From the IMG/VR virus record IMGVR_UViG_2681813186_000009: DNA of 6,332 nt, one strand, 5' to 3'. The notes under the pieces were generated by a model that saw only the letters and a program-made list of their open reading frames with translations, searched no databases and was not told the DNA's origin. Both the position numbers and the translations under genes were made by a program. The DNA comes from a virus. Lineage: Duplodnaviria > Heunggongvirae > Uroviricota > Caudoviricetes. This document shows, in pieces, positions 6,252 through 6,332 of this stretch (position 1 is its first letter; each line of letters starts with the position of its first letter).

Positions 6252-6332
6252 TTATCGGCGGTCATACTGTTGCAGTGCCACTGCGACCGCGTAAACCGTC
6301 AGTTCGTGGCAGAACGTCCAGACCAGTTGTGG
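6252..6332 (-). CDS. 3' end (last ~26 codons) of an upstream gene of unknown function, probably a head-module gene; 5' part lies beyond the window
   Basis: The minus frame ending in TAA at 6254-6252 translates to …PQLVWTFCHELTVYAVAVALQQYDRR* with codon third positions that look coding. The alternative frame ending TGA 6264-6262 has AT-rich third positions. Too short to assign a family. Confidence 0.3.
   Translation of the reverse strand, partial: PQLVWTFCHELTVYAVAVALQQYDRR

Noticed and set aside
6262-6332. Alternative frame for the upstream partial gene (ending TGA 6264-6262)
   Set aside because: Codon third positions in that frame are AT-rich, unlike the verified genes here. The frame ending at TAA 6254-6252 looks more coding-like, though both calls are weak.
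1-6332. Screen for CRISPR repeats, tRNA/rRNA, IS inverted repeats, att sites or integrase
   Set aside because: No regularly spaced direct repeats, no cloverleaf-compatible segments in the small non-coding gaps, and no terminal inverted repeats or transposase/integrase-like ORFs. The window is filled by the structural operon.

Overview
Working from the sequence alone, this window is a contiguous, minus-strand structural (late) operon of a tailed siphovirus-type phage or prophage, lambdoid/HK97-like in organisation. Read in the direction of transcription (high to low coordinates) it holds: the 3' end of an upstream gene (about 6252-6332), four head-tail joining genes (5856-6182, 5496-5846, 5053-5499, 4712-5056), a major tail protein with a C-terminal Ig-like domain (3930-4646), a tail assembly chaperone pair joined by a -1 programmed frameshift at an A_AAA_AAG heptamer (3245-3924), and the first ~1064 codons of a lambda-family tape measure protein that runs off the window start (1-3193). 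I found no tRNA, rRNA, CRISPR array, IS element, integrase or defence/anti-defence cargo gene, and no support for a novel system. The parts that deserve a second look are RNA-level: the frameshift site and two intrinsic-terminator-like hairpins that bracket the major-tail/chaperone block. The sequence is visibly GC-rich with enterobacterial-style Shine-Dalgarno sites. All family assignments come from recognising motifs in hand translations, not from database searches. All plus-strand ORFs in the supplied track look like antisense artefacts.
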